Source: Mobula hypostoma (lineage: Eukaryota). From it: a stretch of DNA of 64,000 nt. The stretch spans positions 39,246,001 through 39,310,000 of the forward strand of contig NC_086102.1 of assembly GCF_963921235.1 (NCBI RefSeq), read 5' to 3'. Below, one piece after another: positions 38,427 to 48,985 of this stretch (its first letter is position 1; each line of letters starts with the position of its first letter). Both the position numbers and the translations under genes were made by a program. The notes beneath the pieces were generated by a model. It saw nothing but the letters and a program-made list of their open reading frames with translations. It ran no database searches and was not told where the DNA came from.

Positions 38427-39480
38427 TTGACTTCCTAACCAGAAGACCACAATCTGTGCAGACTGGTGATAATATCTCCTCCTCGCTTACAGTCAACACT
38501 GGCACACCTCAGAGGTGTGTGCTTAGCCCATTGCTCTACTCCCTCTATACCCATGACTGTGTGGTTAGGCATAGTTCAAATACCATCTGTAAATTTGCTG
38601 ATGATACAACCATTGTTGGTAGAATCTCAGGTGGAGATGAGATGGCGTTAAGGAGTGAGATATGCCAACTAGTGGAGTGGTGTCACAGCAACAACCTGGC
38701 ACTCAATGTCAGAAAGATGAAAGAGCTGATTGTGAACTTCAGGAATGGTAAGACGAGGAAACACAAACCAATCCTCATAGAGGAATCAGAGGTGGAGAGA
38801 GTAACAATTCCAAGTTCCTGGGTGTCAATATCTCCGAGAATCTAACCTGGTCCGAACATACAGTACCGATGCTGCCATAAAGAAAGCAAGACAGCAGCCA
38901 TGTTTCAATAGCAGTTTGAAGAGATTTGGTTTGTCAACTAAAATACTCATAACTTCTATAGGTGTATCGTGGAGAGCATTCTGACAGGCTGTATCACTTT
39001 CTGGTATGGGGGTGCTACTGCACAGGGCTGAAAGAAGCCACTGAAAGTTGTAAAATTAGTCAGGTCTATCTTGGGTATTAGCTTCTGTAATACTCAAGAC
39101 ATCTTCAAGGAGCGGTGCCTCAGAAAGGCAATGTCCATTATTAAGAATCCCATCACCTAGGGCATGCCCTCTTCTCATTGTTCCTGTCAAGAAGAAGGTA
39201 CAGAAGCCTAAAGGTACACACTCAACGATTCAGGAATAGCGTCACCTCTGCCATATGATTCCAATATGGACAGTGAACCCCTTAACACTACCTCACTTTT
39301 AAAAATATATATATTATTTTTGTTTTTGCACTATTTTACTCTATTCAATATATATATTTACTGTAATTGATTTACTTGTTTATGTTTTTCTTTCTATATT
39401 TTCATGTATTGCATTGAACTACTGCTGCTAAGTTAACAAATTTCACGCACATGCCGGTGTAATAAACCTGATTCTGATTC
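38427..39480 (+). mobile_element. Rex1/Babar-clade LINE 3' fragment
   Basis: ORF 38456..38845: TGTPQRCVLSPLLYSLYTHDC, KFADDTTIVG, WCHSNNLALNV; (ATTCTG)n tail at 39471-39480. Confidence 0.88.
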
Positions 39481-39857
39481 ACAAAATGGATGCTATTCCA
39501 TTTCTCTCTGCCCTAAGAAATTTTGTCCTGTCACTGCATTCTTTCTTTCTGCTTCTCTCTTTTCAATCTGACAATAATTGCTCACTATTTGCTTGTTGCA
39601 GCAGTCCGCATCAGTATCATGTGGTAAAGCTGACGTGTTTTTTCCAGAAGTTTCTGAAATTAAGGGATCCTTTACAAGATAACAACAAAAGAGTCTACGC
39701 AAATAGAGCTTATTTGCCCCTTACAAAATCATGTCTGATCTTCTACCTTAAATATCACATTCCTGACTTGATTCCCATGTCTTTTCCTTCCTTTAATATC
39801 TAGATATCTATTAAATACAGAAATTTCTCCTTGTTTCATACCTAAATTTTTTAAAGC

Positions 39858-40158
39858 TTCCGTTAGTCTTGCGAGACCATGGGTCTGTACCTGGAAAGTC
39901 TTCACTCTCCAGGGTGCAGGCCTGGGCAAAGTTGTATAGAAGACCGGAAGTTGCCCATGCTTCAAGTCTCCCCTCTCCATGTCACCAATGTTGTCCAAGG
40001 GAAGGGCAAGGGCCGGTACAGCTTGGCACCAGTGTCATTGCAGAGCACTGTGTGGTCAAGTGCCTTGCTCAAGGACACAACACACTGCCTCAGCTGGGGA
40101 TCGAACTCACGACCTTCAGATCGCTAGTCCAATGCCTTAACCACTTGGCCACGTGCCC
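39858..40158 (-). mobile_element. tRNA-derived SINE (second family)
   Basis: Minus strand begins gggcacgTGGCCAAGTGGttaaggc (A box) ... GAGTTCGATCC (B box), then gtgtccttgagcaaggcactt. Confidence 0.82.
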
Positions 40159-40209
40159 ACCCTGCCTAAATAGTTTACCCTTTATTGTGAAATGTGGCAC
40201 CTTCACTTG

Positions 40210-40800
40210 TTGACAATGCAGGTCTAGCCTACTCAATCACTCCACCATCCGAGGAACAAGTCTGGTGAATCTTTATTACACTCACTCTTTAGCAAGTACG
40301 GTATTCCATTTTTTTAAAGTAGAGACCAAAGCTATAAGCAATGTTAGATAGACAGACAGGTAGATAGATAGATAGGTAAACATACTTTATTGATCCCGAG
40401 GGAAATTGGGTTTCGTTACAGTTGCACCAACCAAGTGCAATTATATGGAGATTGCACCTGGAACAGTAAGTCCAACCAAGTGCAACTTGGTTGGACTTAC
40501 TGTTCCGGGTGCAATCTCCATATATAATTGTAGTAAGACATTTTTAGCTTTACATTCAAATCCTCTACCAATTAAGGCATACATATTGTTTGTTTTTATA
40601 ATTGTGTGCTACACCTGCACATTAGCTTTTTGCAACATGGGTAAAGGACACCCAAGTGTTTGAATCTATCACCCTTTAAAAAGGGAGGAAACTTAGCATT
40701 TGTTTTTGCTACCAAAGTGGAGAACCTCACATTTTTTCACTTGCTACTTTCATCTCTTTGTCAGCTTGTTTAACCTGTCTGCATAACCTTGAAGCATCTT
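40210..40800 (-). mobile_element. Degenerate CR1-clade fragment interrupted by a (GATA)n-tailed LINE end (40345-40435) and a palindrome
   Basis: tctggtgaatct, agagaccaaagct, ctacacctgcacattagcttt and acctcacatttt match minus-strand CR1 RT text elsewhere; GATA/GACA microsatellite at 40345-40378. Confidence 0.6.
40436..40532. repeat. 97-bp near-perfect palindrome with a 3-nt GCA loop
   Basis: Arms 40436-40481 and 40485-40532 are reverse complements apart from two substitutions and a 2-nt indel. Confidence 0.92.
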
Positions 40801-41994
40801 GGTTTTCTCATCACCATTCAGACTCCCGCTTAGTTTGGCTTCATCAGAAATCTTGCAAATATTTCATAGTAATAGATTGTCCTGCAGTGAATGTAACATT
40901 AGATCCAAGTGTATTCTTTTCACTGAATCAGTTGACAATATGCAGAACCAAGCAAGCATCAAAACAAGAACCGTCAGCATAAGGTAGGGGAAGTGTAGGT
41001 GCAGGGGATGTATGTGTTGGGGGTGTACTTCCATTGTGGGCTTCGGGGAGTGATATTACTAGGAAGTTTGGACAATCTGTTAGTCCAGTTGGTGAGCTCA
41101 GGAGGGGATTAGCTTTGTGCATGAATGCTAAGGTTGTGAATTTAGCTACCGGTATGAACAGTCTGGCTGCATTTGAGGGAGGAGGCTCCAGGTCAATGCA
41201 GGAGAAGGAAAGCAAGGCTTACTGGTAGGGTTAGATGAAGAGGGTGGAAAGGATGGTCAGCAAAGTTGGCTACAGAATCAAATGGCCTGTTTGTGATCTG
41301 TGGACTATTATTCTATGTCCTTTATTTTTCTGTTTCTATCAATGCTTTTCACCCTCCTTCAGAGTGGGGAGGAAGCTTCTACAGAAACAGGGATGAGAAA
41401 GTCTGAGTTATCAAGTGGCCGCCAAGTGGGTCATTGAACTTCGAAAAGGGAGGAAATCTGTGGTGGAGATGAACTTTAAAAAAGCTCTGAATGTATGTAG
41501 TTCTCCACTGAGACGAGATGCTTGCTGTGGAACAAAATACCACCCTATTAGAACATGATTCAAATTGTTTATTTCTAGGTCATTGAATCAAGATCTTCCA
41601 GCCTTTTGAAATGGCCTGTCTTTGAGTCCGTCGTAACCCAGCAGCTCAAGTTCTACATACATTCTTTATATTGAAATACTTTTGTATCACCTTTTATTTT
41701 ATCTGGGGCATAGGCCGCCACCAGCAGCTTCTATACCTCAGATAAATGATGGAACAGAAGAAATTAAAATTAAAAAGAATGTTTTATCCACTAGCTAAAG
41801 GCATTACCTAGCATTTACCTCACCAAATGACTATTATTCAAGCAAATCTTGGTTAATATCAAAGTGAAATCAAACCTGGCCATTCAAGAATATCCCAGCA
41901 AGAAATTTTGGAAATTATCATGGGAAAAACAACATTGACAATTTTTCCTTGCTTCTCCAAGGAGTGCTGAATCATCATTCATTTACCTTTGAAC

Positions 41995-43075
41995 TTGGAA
42001 AAGTACAACTCAGGAGCTGGCCTTCTGCCTTATAACCATGATGTCCATGCAAACTAATCACATCTCTCTGCATGGGGTCTATATACCACCAATCCCTGCC
42101 AGTTCACATGTTTATCTAAACATTGCTATCATTTCTGCTTTCACCAATTCCCACAGTAGCACTTTCCAGGTTCCTACCACACTCTGTTAAAAATTCTTGC
42201 TGCATAAATCACCTTTAACCTTCCCCCTCTCACCTTAAATCTATGCTCTTGTGTATTCGATATTTCCACCCTGTGGAAAAACACTCTTGACTGTCTACCC
42301 TCTCTATGCTTCTCATAATTGTAAATAGTTTTGCCAGGTCACCCATCAACCTTTGATGCCTCAGAGAAAACAATACAATTTCTCCAAACTCTCCTTACAG
42401 CTAATACTCTATAATCCAGGCAACATCCTATGAACCTTTTCTGCAAACTCCCTGAAGCTTCCATATCTTTCCTGTAATGTGGTGACTAGATAGTACACCA
42501 AAACTTCATACATCTGCAACATGACTTCCTGACTCTTACACTCAACATCTTGACTGATGAAGGCACGTGTGCCATAAGCTGCCTTTACCACCTGATCTAC
42601 TTTTGTTGCCACTTTTAGGAAGTTATGGATCTGCATCCTGAGATCCCTCAGTGCATCAATGCTCCTAAGGTTCCTGTTATTTATTGTATAGCTTCCTCAT
42701 GCATTTGGTTTCCAAAAGGACAAAGGACAATACCTCAGACTTTTCCAGGTTAAACTCCATCTGCCATTTCTTTAATCACACTGAATTGGTTTATATCCCG
42801 CTGAATCTTTTGATGACCTTTCACATTGTGCCAAGTTTTGTGTCATCTGAAAACTTACTGATCAGCACAAACAACTGGGATCCCAGCATTGATCCTTGTG
42901 GAGCACCACTGGTCGTAAATCTCCAGTCAAAGGAACATCCCTTCACTGCTACTCTCTGTCTTCTATAGCCAAACCAGTTTTGAATCAAATCCAGCCTACA
43001 AAGTCTGGATGAAATCAATACACTTTAGTCTTTAGGATCAGCTGACCCATGAGGGTCCTTGCCACAGGCTTAGCG
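41995..43075 (-). mobile_element. Degenerate CR1-clade LINE
   Basis: ORFs 42821..43018 ([25 protein letters not shown]) and 42409..42636. Confidence 0.85.
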
Positions 43076-45296
43076 AGGTTTACTTTGGGATGGATGAGAA
43101 CAGATAACAGAAACATTTAGTTCAGAAACTAAGTGAAGAAGTCAGCAATATATTTCTACTTTTTGAAACTAGTTTGTCTTGACCTTAGGAACCAAGGTTG
43201 TTGAATACCATAATAATTTGGAATATTTATTTCTGATAGCCTCGTTTAACAAAAGTACCTGCATAGTTCTATCTCTCATTCTAACATTAGTGAAAACCCA
43301 ATTCTAATTGTTCGTACTATTTTATTATTTGTCCATCAATTTTTCTGTGGCCTAGAAGATCAGTCCAGATGAAGGATCTTGACATGAAACATTTCTCCAT
43401 AGATGCTGCCTGACTCCCTAAGTCACTCCAGCAGTTTGTTTTCAAATCAAATATGAAAACTTTAATCAACAAGCCAAACTGAACAAATTACAAATAATGT
43501 GAAAGATGTTAAGATCATTTGAAACTGGAGATTAAACTGGAAGGTTTAAATTTTTTGAGGCCCATTGTCATTCAGAGAATTTCTGACTTTATTTCTTTCT
43601 GTATTAACCACATCTTAGGACGTCCTAACTGCTGCTAAATTTGTTCATTTCGATTAAGTTGTACCCTGTTGATATTTTATAATTTTGCTTACAAAACAGA
43701 ATAATTTGACTATAAAAATATGATTTTGTGATTCCTCTTTACATTAGTGATGCAGATTATAATTACCACCAGTTACTGATTGCTTGTTTGTCAGGTTCAT
43801 TAGTTTCAATGTGAGTTTCTGTCTGTGGTGAGCTCCATTTCCGAGAAACTACTATATTGAAAAATACAGACTCAAGTTCCAAAACTGGTTTGGTCATCAA
43901 TGGAATCTATTTCAGTTTTTTCACTTACGGTGTACAACATCATCTTAATCTCTCCATGGAATAAGCTTTGCTGTATATTTTTTAAAAACTCAGCAAAAGC
44001 CATTTCAAATAAGTGTCAATTCTCCTTTCTTTATAAATGGGATATTTTTCACTTCATTGTATGATCGGAACTACTTTCTTACAAAACTGTTCAGCAACTT
44101 AATAGAGTTTTTAGAATTAGCCATCCACATCACTTTTTTCTACATTATGCCTCAGATATTTCAAGATCAGTCTTATAGTAAACCACTACATTGAACTGGC
44201 CAGAAACAAAAGATTTAGCAGATTGGCCTTTTTTCAGTGACCAGCAGTTCATCTGAACATACAGCTTTCCTCTGTATTTTCTCATTCCTGATACAGTACA
44301 GAGCCTCCCCAGCTAACAACTGTTGCTATCTGGGCGATAACTCCCTGGGTTCCTCCCTCATGGGACAACTGCTTGTGACCCAACAGTTCACAAGTCAGAA
44401 GTGTGGTTTCTTAGCAATATATTTAAAATAAAACTTAAGCCAACCAAGGCAACACGGAAGAATATAATGTGGCTCATATGAACAAATTGTCCAAATGCAA
44501 CCTCAATCAAAGCAGTAAGCTAGTCTCGCAAAAGACTCTGTACGTATTTTATCCATAAAAAGCATGCCACATACGATCCTACTAATTACTGCTCAGTTGC
44601 CTACAATCAATGCACTGTGATGGAAAACATAAATGACAATACAGTACTTGTTTCTTATTTACTATTATAATCATCATTGCTTGGTTTGGTTTTTGCCGGG
44701 TCCAGATGACTCTTAATTTCATTACAGCCTTAATCTGAATATGCACAAGTAGGTTGATTCTTGAGAAGTTAAGAGCATCTGTCCTTGACATAAAGGCAAC
44801 TTTCAACAAAGCATAGCATCAGGGAGTCAAGGTAAAATTAATCAATAGGAAATCAGGTTATAGGTTGGAACCTTACTTTGCACAGCGGCAAACAAGAGGA
44901 AACCTGCAGATGCTGGAATTTCAAGCAACACACATAAAAGTTGCTGGTGAATGCAGCAGGCCAGGCAGCATCTCTAGGAAGAGGTACAGTCGATGTTTCG
45001 GGCCGAGACCCTTCATCAGGACTAACTGAAAAAAGAGCTAGTAAGAGATTTGGAAGTGGGAGTTGGGAGGGGGAGATCCAAAATGATAAGAGAAGACAGG
45101 AGGGGAAGGGATGAAGCCAAGAGCTGGACAGTTAATTGGCTAAAGGGATATGAGAGGATCATGGGACGGGAGGCCTAGGGAGAAAGAAAGGGGGAGGGGG
45201 GAAGCCCAGAGGATGGGCAATAATGGATGGGGTACGAGGGGGAGGTGGGGCATTAACGGAAGTTAGAGAAGTCAGGGCCCCAGACAGTCCTTCCAG

Positions 45297-45623
45297 GTGA
45301 GGCGACACTTCACCTGTGAGTCAGCTGGGGTGATATACTGCGTGCGGTGGTCCCGATGCGGCCTTCTATATATTGGCGAGACCCGACGCAGACTGGGAGA
45401 CCGTTTCGCTGAATACCTATGCTCTGTTTACCAGAGAAAGCAGGATCTCCCAGTGGCCACACATTTTAATTCCACGTCTCTTTCCCATTCTGATATGTCT
45501 ATCCATGGCCTCCTCTACTGTAAAGATGAAAACACACTCAGGTTGGAGGAACAACACCTTATATTCCGTCTGGATAGCCTCCAACCTGATGGCATGAACC
45601 TTGACTTCTCTAACTTCCGTTAA
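45297..45623 (+). CDS. GIY-YIG endonuclease domain of a Penelope-like retroelement (5'-truncated fragment)
   Basis: FTCESAGVIYCVRWSRCGLLYIGETRRRLGDRFAEY...VATHFN...EQHLIFRLDSLQPDGMN; VIY-x-YIG motif followed by ETxRxLxxR. Confidence 0.88.
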   Translation: MRRHFTCESAGVIYCVRWSRCGLLYIGETRRRLGDRFAEYLCSVYQRKQDLPVATHFNSTSLSHSDMSIHGLLYCKDENTLRLEEQHLIFRLDSLQPDGMNLDFSNFR

Positions 45624-45850
45624 TGCCCCACCTCCCCCTCGTACCCCATCCGTTATTGTCCATCCTCTGGACTTCCCCCTCCCCCTTTCTTTCTCCCTAG
45701 GCCTCCCACCCCATGATCCTCTCATATCCCTTTTGCCAATCAACTGTCCAGCTCTTGGCTCCATCCCTCCCCCTCCTGTCTTCTCCTATCATTTTGGATC
45801 TCCCCCTCCCCCTCCCACTTTCAAATCTCTTACTAGCTCTTCTTTCAGTT

Positions 45851-45890
45851 AGTCCTGACGAAGGGTCTCGGCCTGAAACGTCGACTGTAC
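45851..45890 (+). ncRNA. Minimal type I hammerhead ribozyme motif (core intact)
   Basis: AGTC-CTGACGA-A-GGGT(CTCG)GCCT-GAAAC-GTC-GACT: stem I AGTC/GACT, CUGANGA box 45855-45861, stem II, GAAA 45875-45878, palindromic ACGT in place of stem III, GUC cleavage triplet 45880-45882. Confidence 0.75.
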
Positions 45891-48382
45891 CTCTTCCTAG
45901 AGATGCTGCCTGGCCTGTTGCGTTCACCAGCAACTTTGATGTGTGTTGCTTTCCACAGAGGCAGATGGCTTTAGTTGTGAACAGTAAGACCAAAACAACA
46001 TTCAGGCACGGGCTGATATGTGGCAACTAGTATTAATGAAGACATTGAAAATTTTCAACAAGAGAAAGTTTTAGCATATCTCCTTGACATTCAATGGCGT
46101 AATCATCCCCATCTGTCTCCATCAAAGATATTTGGGGTCTCATTGACTAGAAACTGGACATTCAATATATATATATGCTATAGGTACGTTAATTAGCGAT
46201 TCATCTCCCCCATATTTTTCCTCACTGACACTTGGTGGAGAGAGTTTGTACTGTCTATAACCCAAATGTTATTCTCCAAGTTCACTTCAACAGCACTTCT
46301 CACAATTATACACCTCTTTGAGGGACATGGCCAGCAGGTTCCCCTCAAAGTCACATACCAAACTGCCTTTGAAACACATCATCCAGAGGATGAGCTGCTG
46401 TCTTCAATGCAAACTTGAAAAACAGCTCTGCATCATCCATCTGGGCACAAATGCAATCTTTGGGACTCAATACTGAATTCAACAATTTTGAATAATGTGT
46501 TTCCTGTACAAAACAAGGTTACCCATCTATAATATTAAGATTTTCTCTCTCCACAAATACTGTTTGATCTGTTGGGTGGTTCCAACATTTCCCTTTCAAT
46601 TTCAGGTTTCAACAATAGCGCTAATCTGCATTGCACAGTTTTGGACATTTTTTCTCACTCTAACTGCTGTTATTAATTGATTAACTAGACTCCTATATGA
46701 CCATTGGGATCATCTGGTTGACCCCAGTCTTACTTTATAAGGGATATTCCCTATGTCCCATCCATCAGAGATATTTCTCTTGTCCAATCCATCAGTTTGC
46801 TTTACAACTATAAATTCATTTATTTTCTCTCCTGGTTCTGAAGCTTCTCTTTCCCAGATGCTGCCTGACCTACTAAGCATTTCCAGCATTTTAGGATTTT
46901 ATTCTGGATTTTCAGCAGTTACAATTTGTTGACTTCCAGCTACCTTGCTATAGTCGTGAGATTGTTCCTAAGATAGGGTAGACAATGCTGTTCTTAAGGC
47001 AGAGTTGATTTTTATACCAATTCAACGTAACCTTCTAACTTTTAAATTTCTTTCTGATGTTTTTACGCTGTGTATGCCATTTATGTCTTTTAGCAGCCTT
47101 CTTAGCATCCATTTCTTCATCAAAGAGCGCTCAAAATCTTATCTACTGTATATCCACCAGACATCAACTGCTGTACATCTTGCTACAATTAGAAATAATT
47201 CCACTGAGTTTCTTTGCTCTTTGCCCAAGTGTTATCATTCTCTGCATGAAATTCTCCATTACTTGCCTTTTCACTATTTACACTTTTTGTCAACTATATC
47301 TGTTAAATTACGACCAGTGTACAAAATTATAAAACTGACCTCAGAGGGATAGTGTTGGATACTGAAAAATAACAATCGTGCTTGCTTTCTATAAGCCACT
47401 TACCCACACAGCCATTGGCACTGGTGGGATTCAATTTTATTGAAAAGTCTGTCATGTGGTGTGTTATGAAATACCATTTGAAAGCTGACACACAATAAAT
47501 ATGATCAAAATGTGATTGTAGAAGGTATATTTAGTAAGTTTGCAGGTGACATAAGTTTTGATGCTACTGTATAACGTGAAGCTACAGAAATGTGGCCAAC
47601 CAGCTTCTCACAACAGGTTTTGAATCATGGGACAATTAGAGAAGCTGATCGTGGACTAGTGTGGGATCCAATAGCTGGGCCAGCCATTCAGTCTGAGCTC
47701 TCTGGTAGGTGCCAGTGACCACAATGTAGGTCCATTGATGAATGATTTAACCTAAGCATGTATTCAGGGAAGGAGTGAAATAGAGAGGCAGACTGATTGG
47801 AGACTCAGTTTCCTACCTCTACCTCACTTGTAGAGTTGCATTCAAAGCTTCCCCAAAACTCATTATCCTTTGAAGCGACTAGTAGTAGTCCTCCTACCTT
47901 GCCATTCCATTGGTTCAGCTGAGAGAAGCTTCTGGAAGGTCACAGCAGGGATATAATTACCACCACACACCCTTTCAGCAAGTCAGAGCATTGATGACTC
48001 TACCCCAGTGGTTAGCAGTGAAGAACCGCAGTTGATGATGTGAGGGCCTCAGCCCATGGAGACATCCACTGAGGGCTCCAACCAAGAGAGTGAAGATGTC
48101 AGCAGAATCTTCTGAAGCAGGAAACCAATGTTTATGAAGACAAGAGAAACCCAAACTCTGTGAAACCAGTGAGATGTCTGCAACCATTCCAAAGCATAAT
48201 GGACAGTGCTTGGGCCTCTGACAGACAGAGCTTAAGTTGGAATTGCATGATGAAGTACATAAATGTACGGGTGCGTTTGCACTGAGATCTGACCCATCTC
48301 CTTTTGATTGCTCAGGCACCTGGTAAAACACACTTCAAGAGTGATTGACCACAGTGTTCAGAAAATGTACTAGCAATAGAAC

Positions 48383-48645
48383 AAGCAACACCCTCAAAAT
48401 GCTGAAAGAACTCTGCAGGCCAGGCAGCATCTACGGAAAAGAGTATAGTCAACATTTCAGGCCGAGACCCTTCATCAGGACTGGAGCTGACTCCTCATCT
48501 TTTTTCCCATGGACCTGACGAAGGGTGTCAGCCCAAAACATTGACTGTACTCCTTTCCATAGATGCTGCCTGACCTGCTGAGTTCCTCCCGCATTTTTTG
48601 TGTGTCGCTTGGATTTCCAGCATCTGCTGGTTTTCCCTTGTTTGT
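48383..48645. mobile_element. Second palindromic Penelope terminal-repeat element with two decayed hammerhead motifs
   Basis: Left arm 48383-48485 (minus-strand CTGATGA...GAAATGTTG); short spacer; right arm from 48514 (CTGACGAAGGGTGTCAGCCCAAAACATTGACTGTAC). Confidence 0.8.
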
Positions 48646-48659
48646 GATTAGCACCAGGT

Positions 48660-48985
48660 CAATTGAAAAGATGGTCAGAGAAATGGTGAATGGAGTTTAA
48701 TTCTGAAAAATGTGAGGCATTACACTTGATAGTACAAATAATGCTGAATGAATGGTGAAGTGTGGAGGCTTTGGAGAGGGTGCAGAAGAGGTTTACCAGG
48801 ATATTGCCTAGATTAGAGAGTATTAGATATAAGGAGAGGTTGGACAAACGTGTACAGGGACAGGCAGGGTATTGGGGGATGGGACCCATGTGCAGGCAGG
48901 TCGGATTAGTTTAGATTGACATCATGGTTAGTGTAAACATGGTGGGTGAAGGACCTTTCCTGCAATGTTTTGCTTTTGTTCTATG
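48660..48985 (+). mobile_element. Deleted CR1-clade LINE fragment
   Basis: gagaaatggtgaatggagtttaattctgaaaaatgtgagg, gagggtgcagaagaggtttaccagg and a LINE-like 3' end. Confidence 0.65.

Larger units (their letters stand above)
44890..45951 (+). mobile_element. Penelope-like element 3' fragment with inverted terminal repeats (arms 44923-45274 and 45602-45951)
   Basis: About 350-bp arms are reverse complements and enclose a GIY-YIG endonuclease fragment; the ORF stop lies inside the right repeat, as in PLE pseudo-LTRs. Confidence 0.9.

Noticed and set aside
43929-43970. 42-nt minus-strand exon-like segment ending LYT with a strong gtaagtg donor
   Set aside because: Lies upstream of the TM exon, so it cannot be an ITAM exon; poor acceptor; the phase-1 reading needed for exon 1 contains a stop.
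47950-48330. Possible very old RTE fragment (also 50780-51480)
   Set aside because: Only faint motif resemblance; too degenerate to call by eye.
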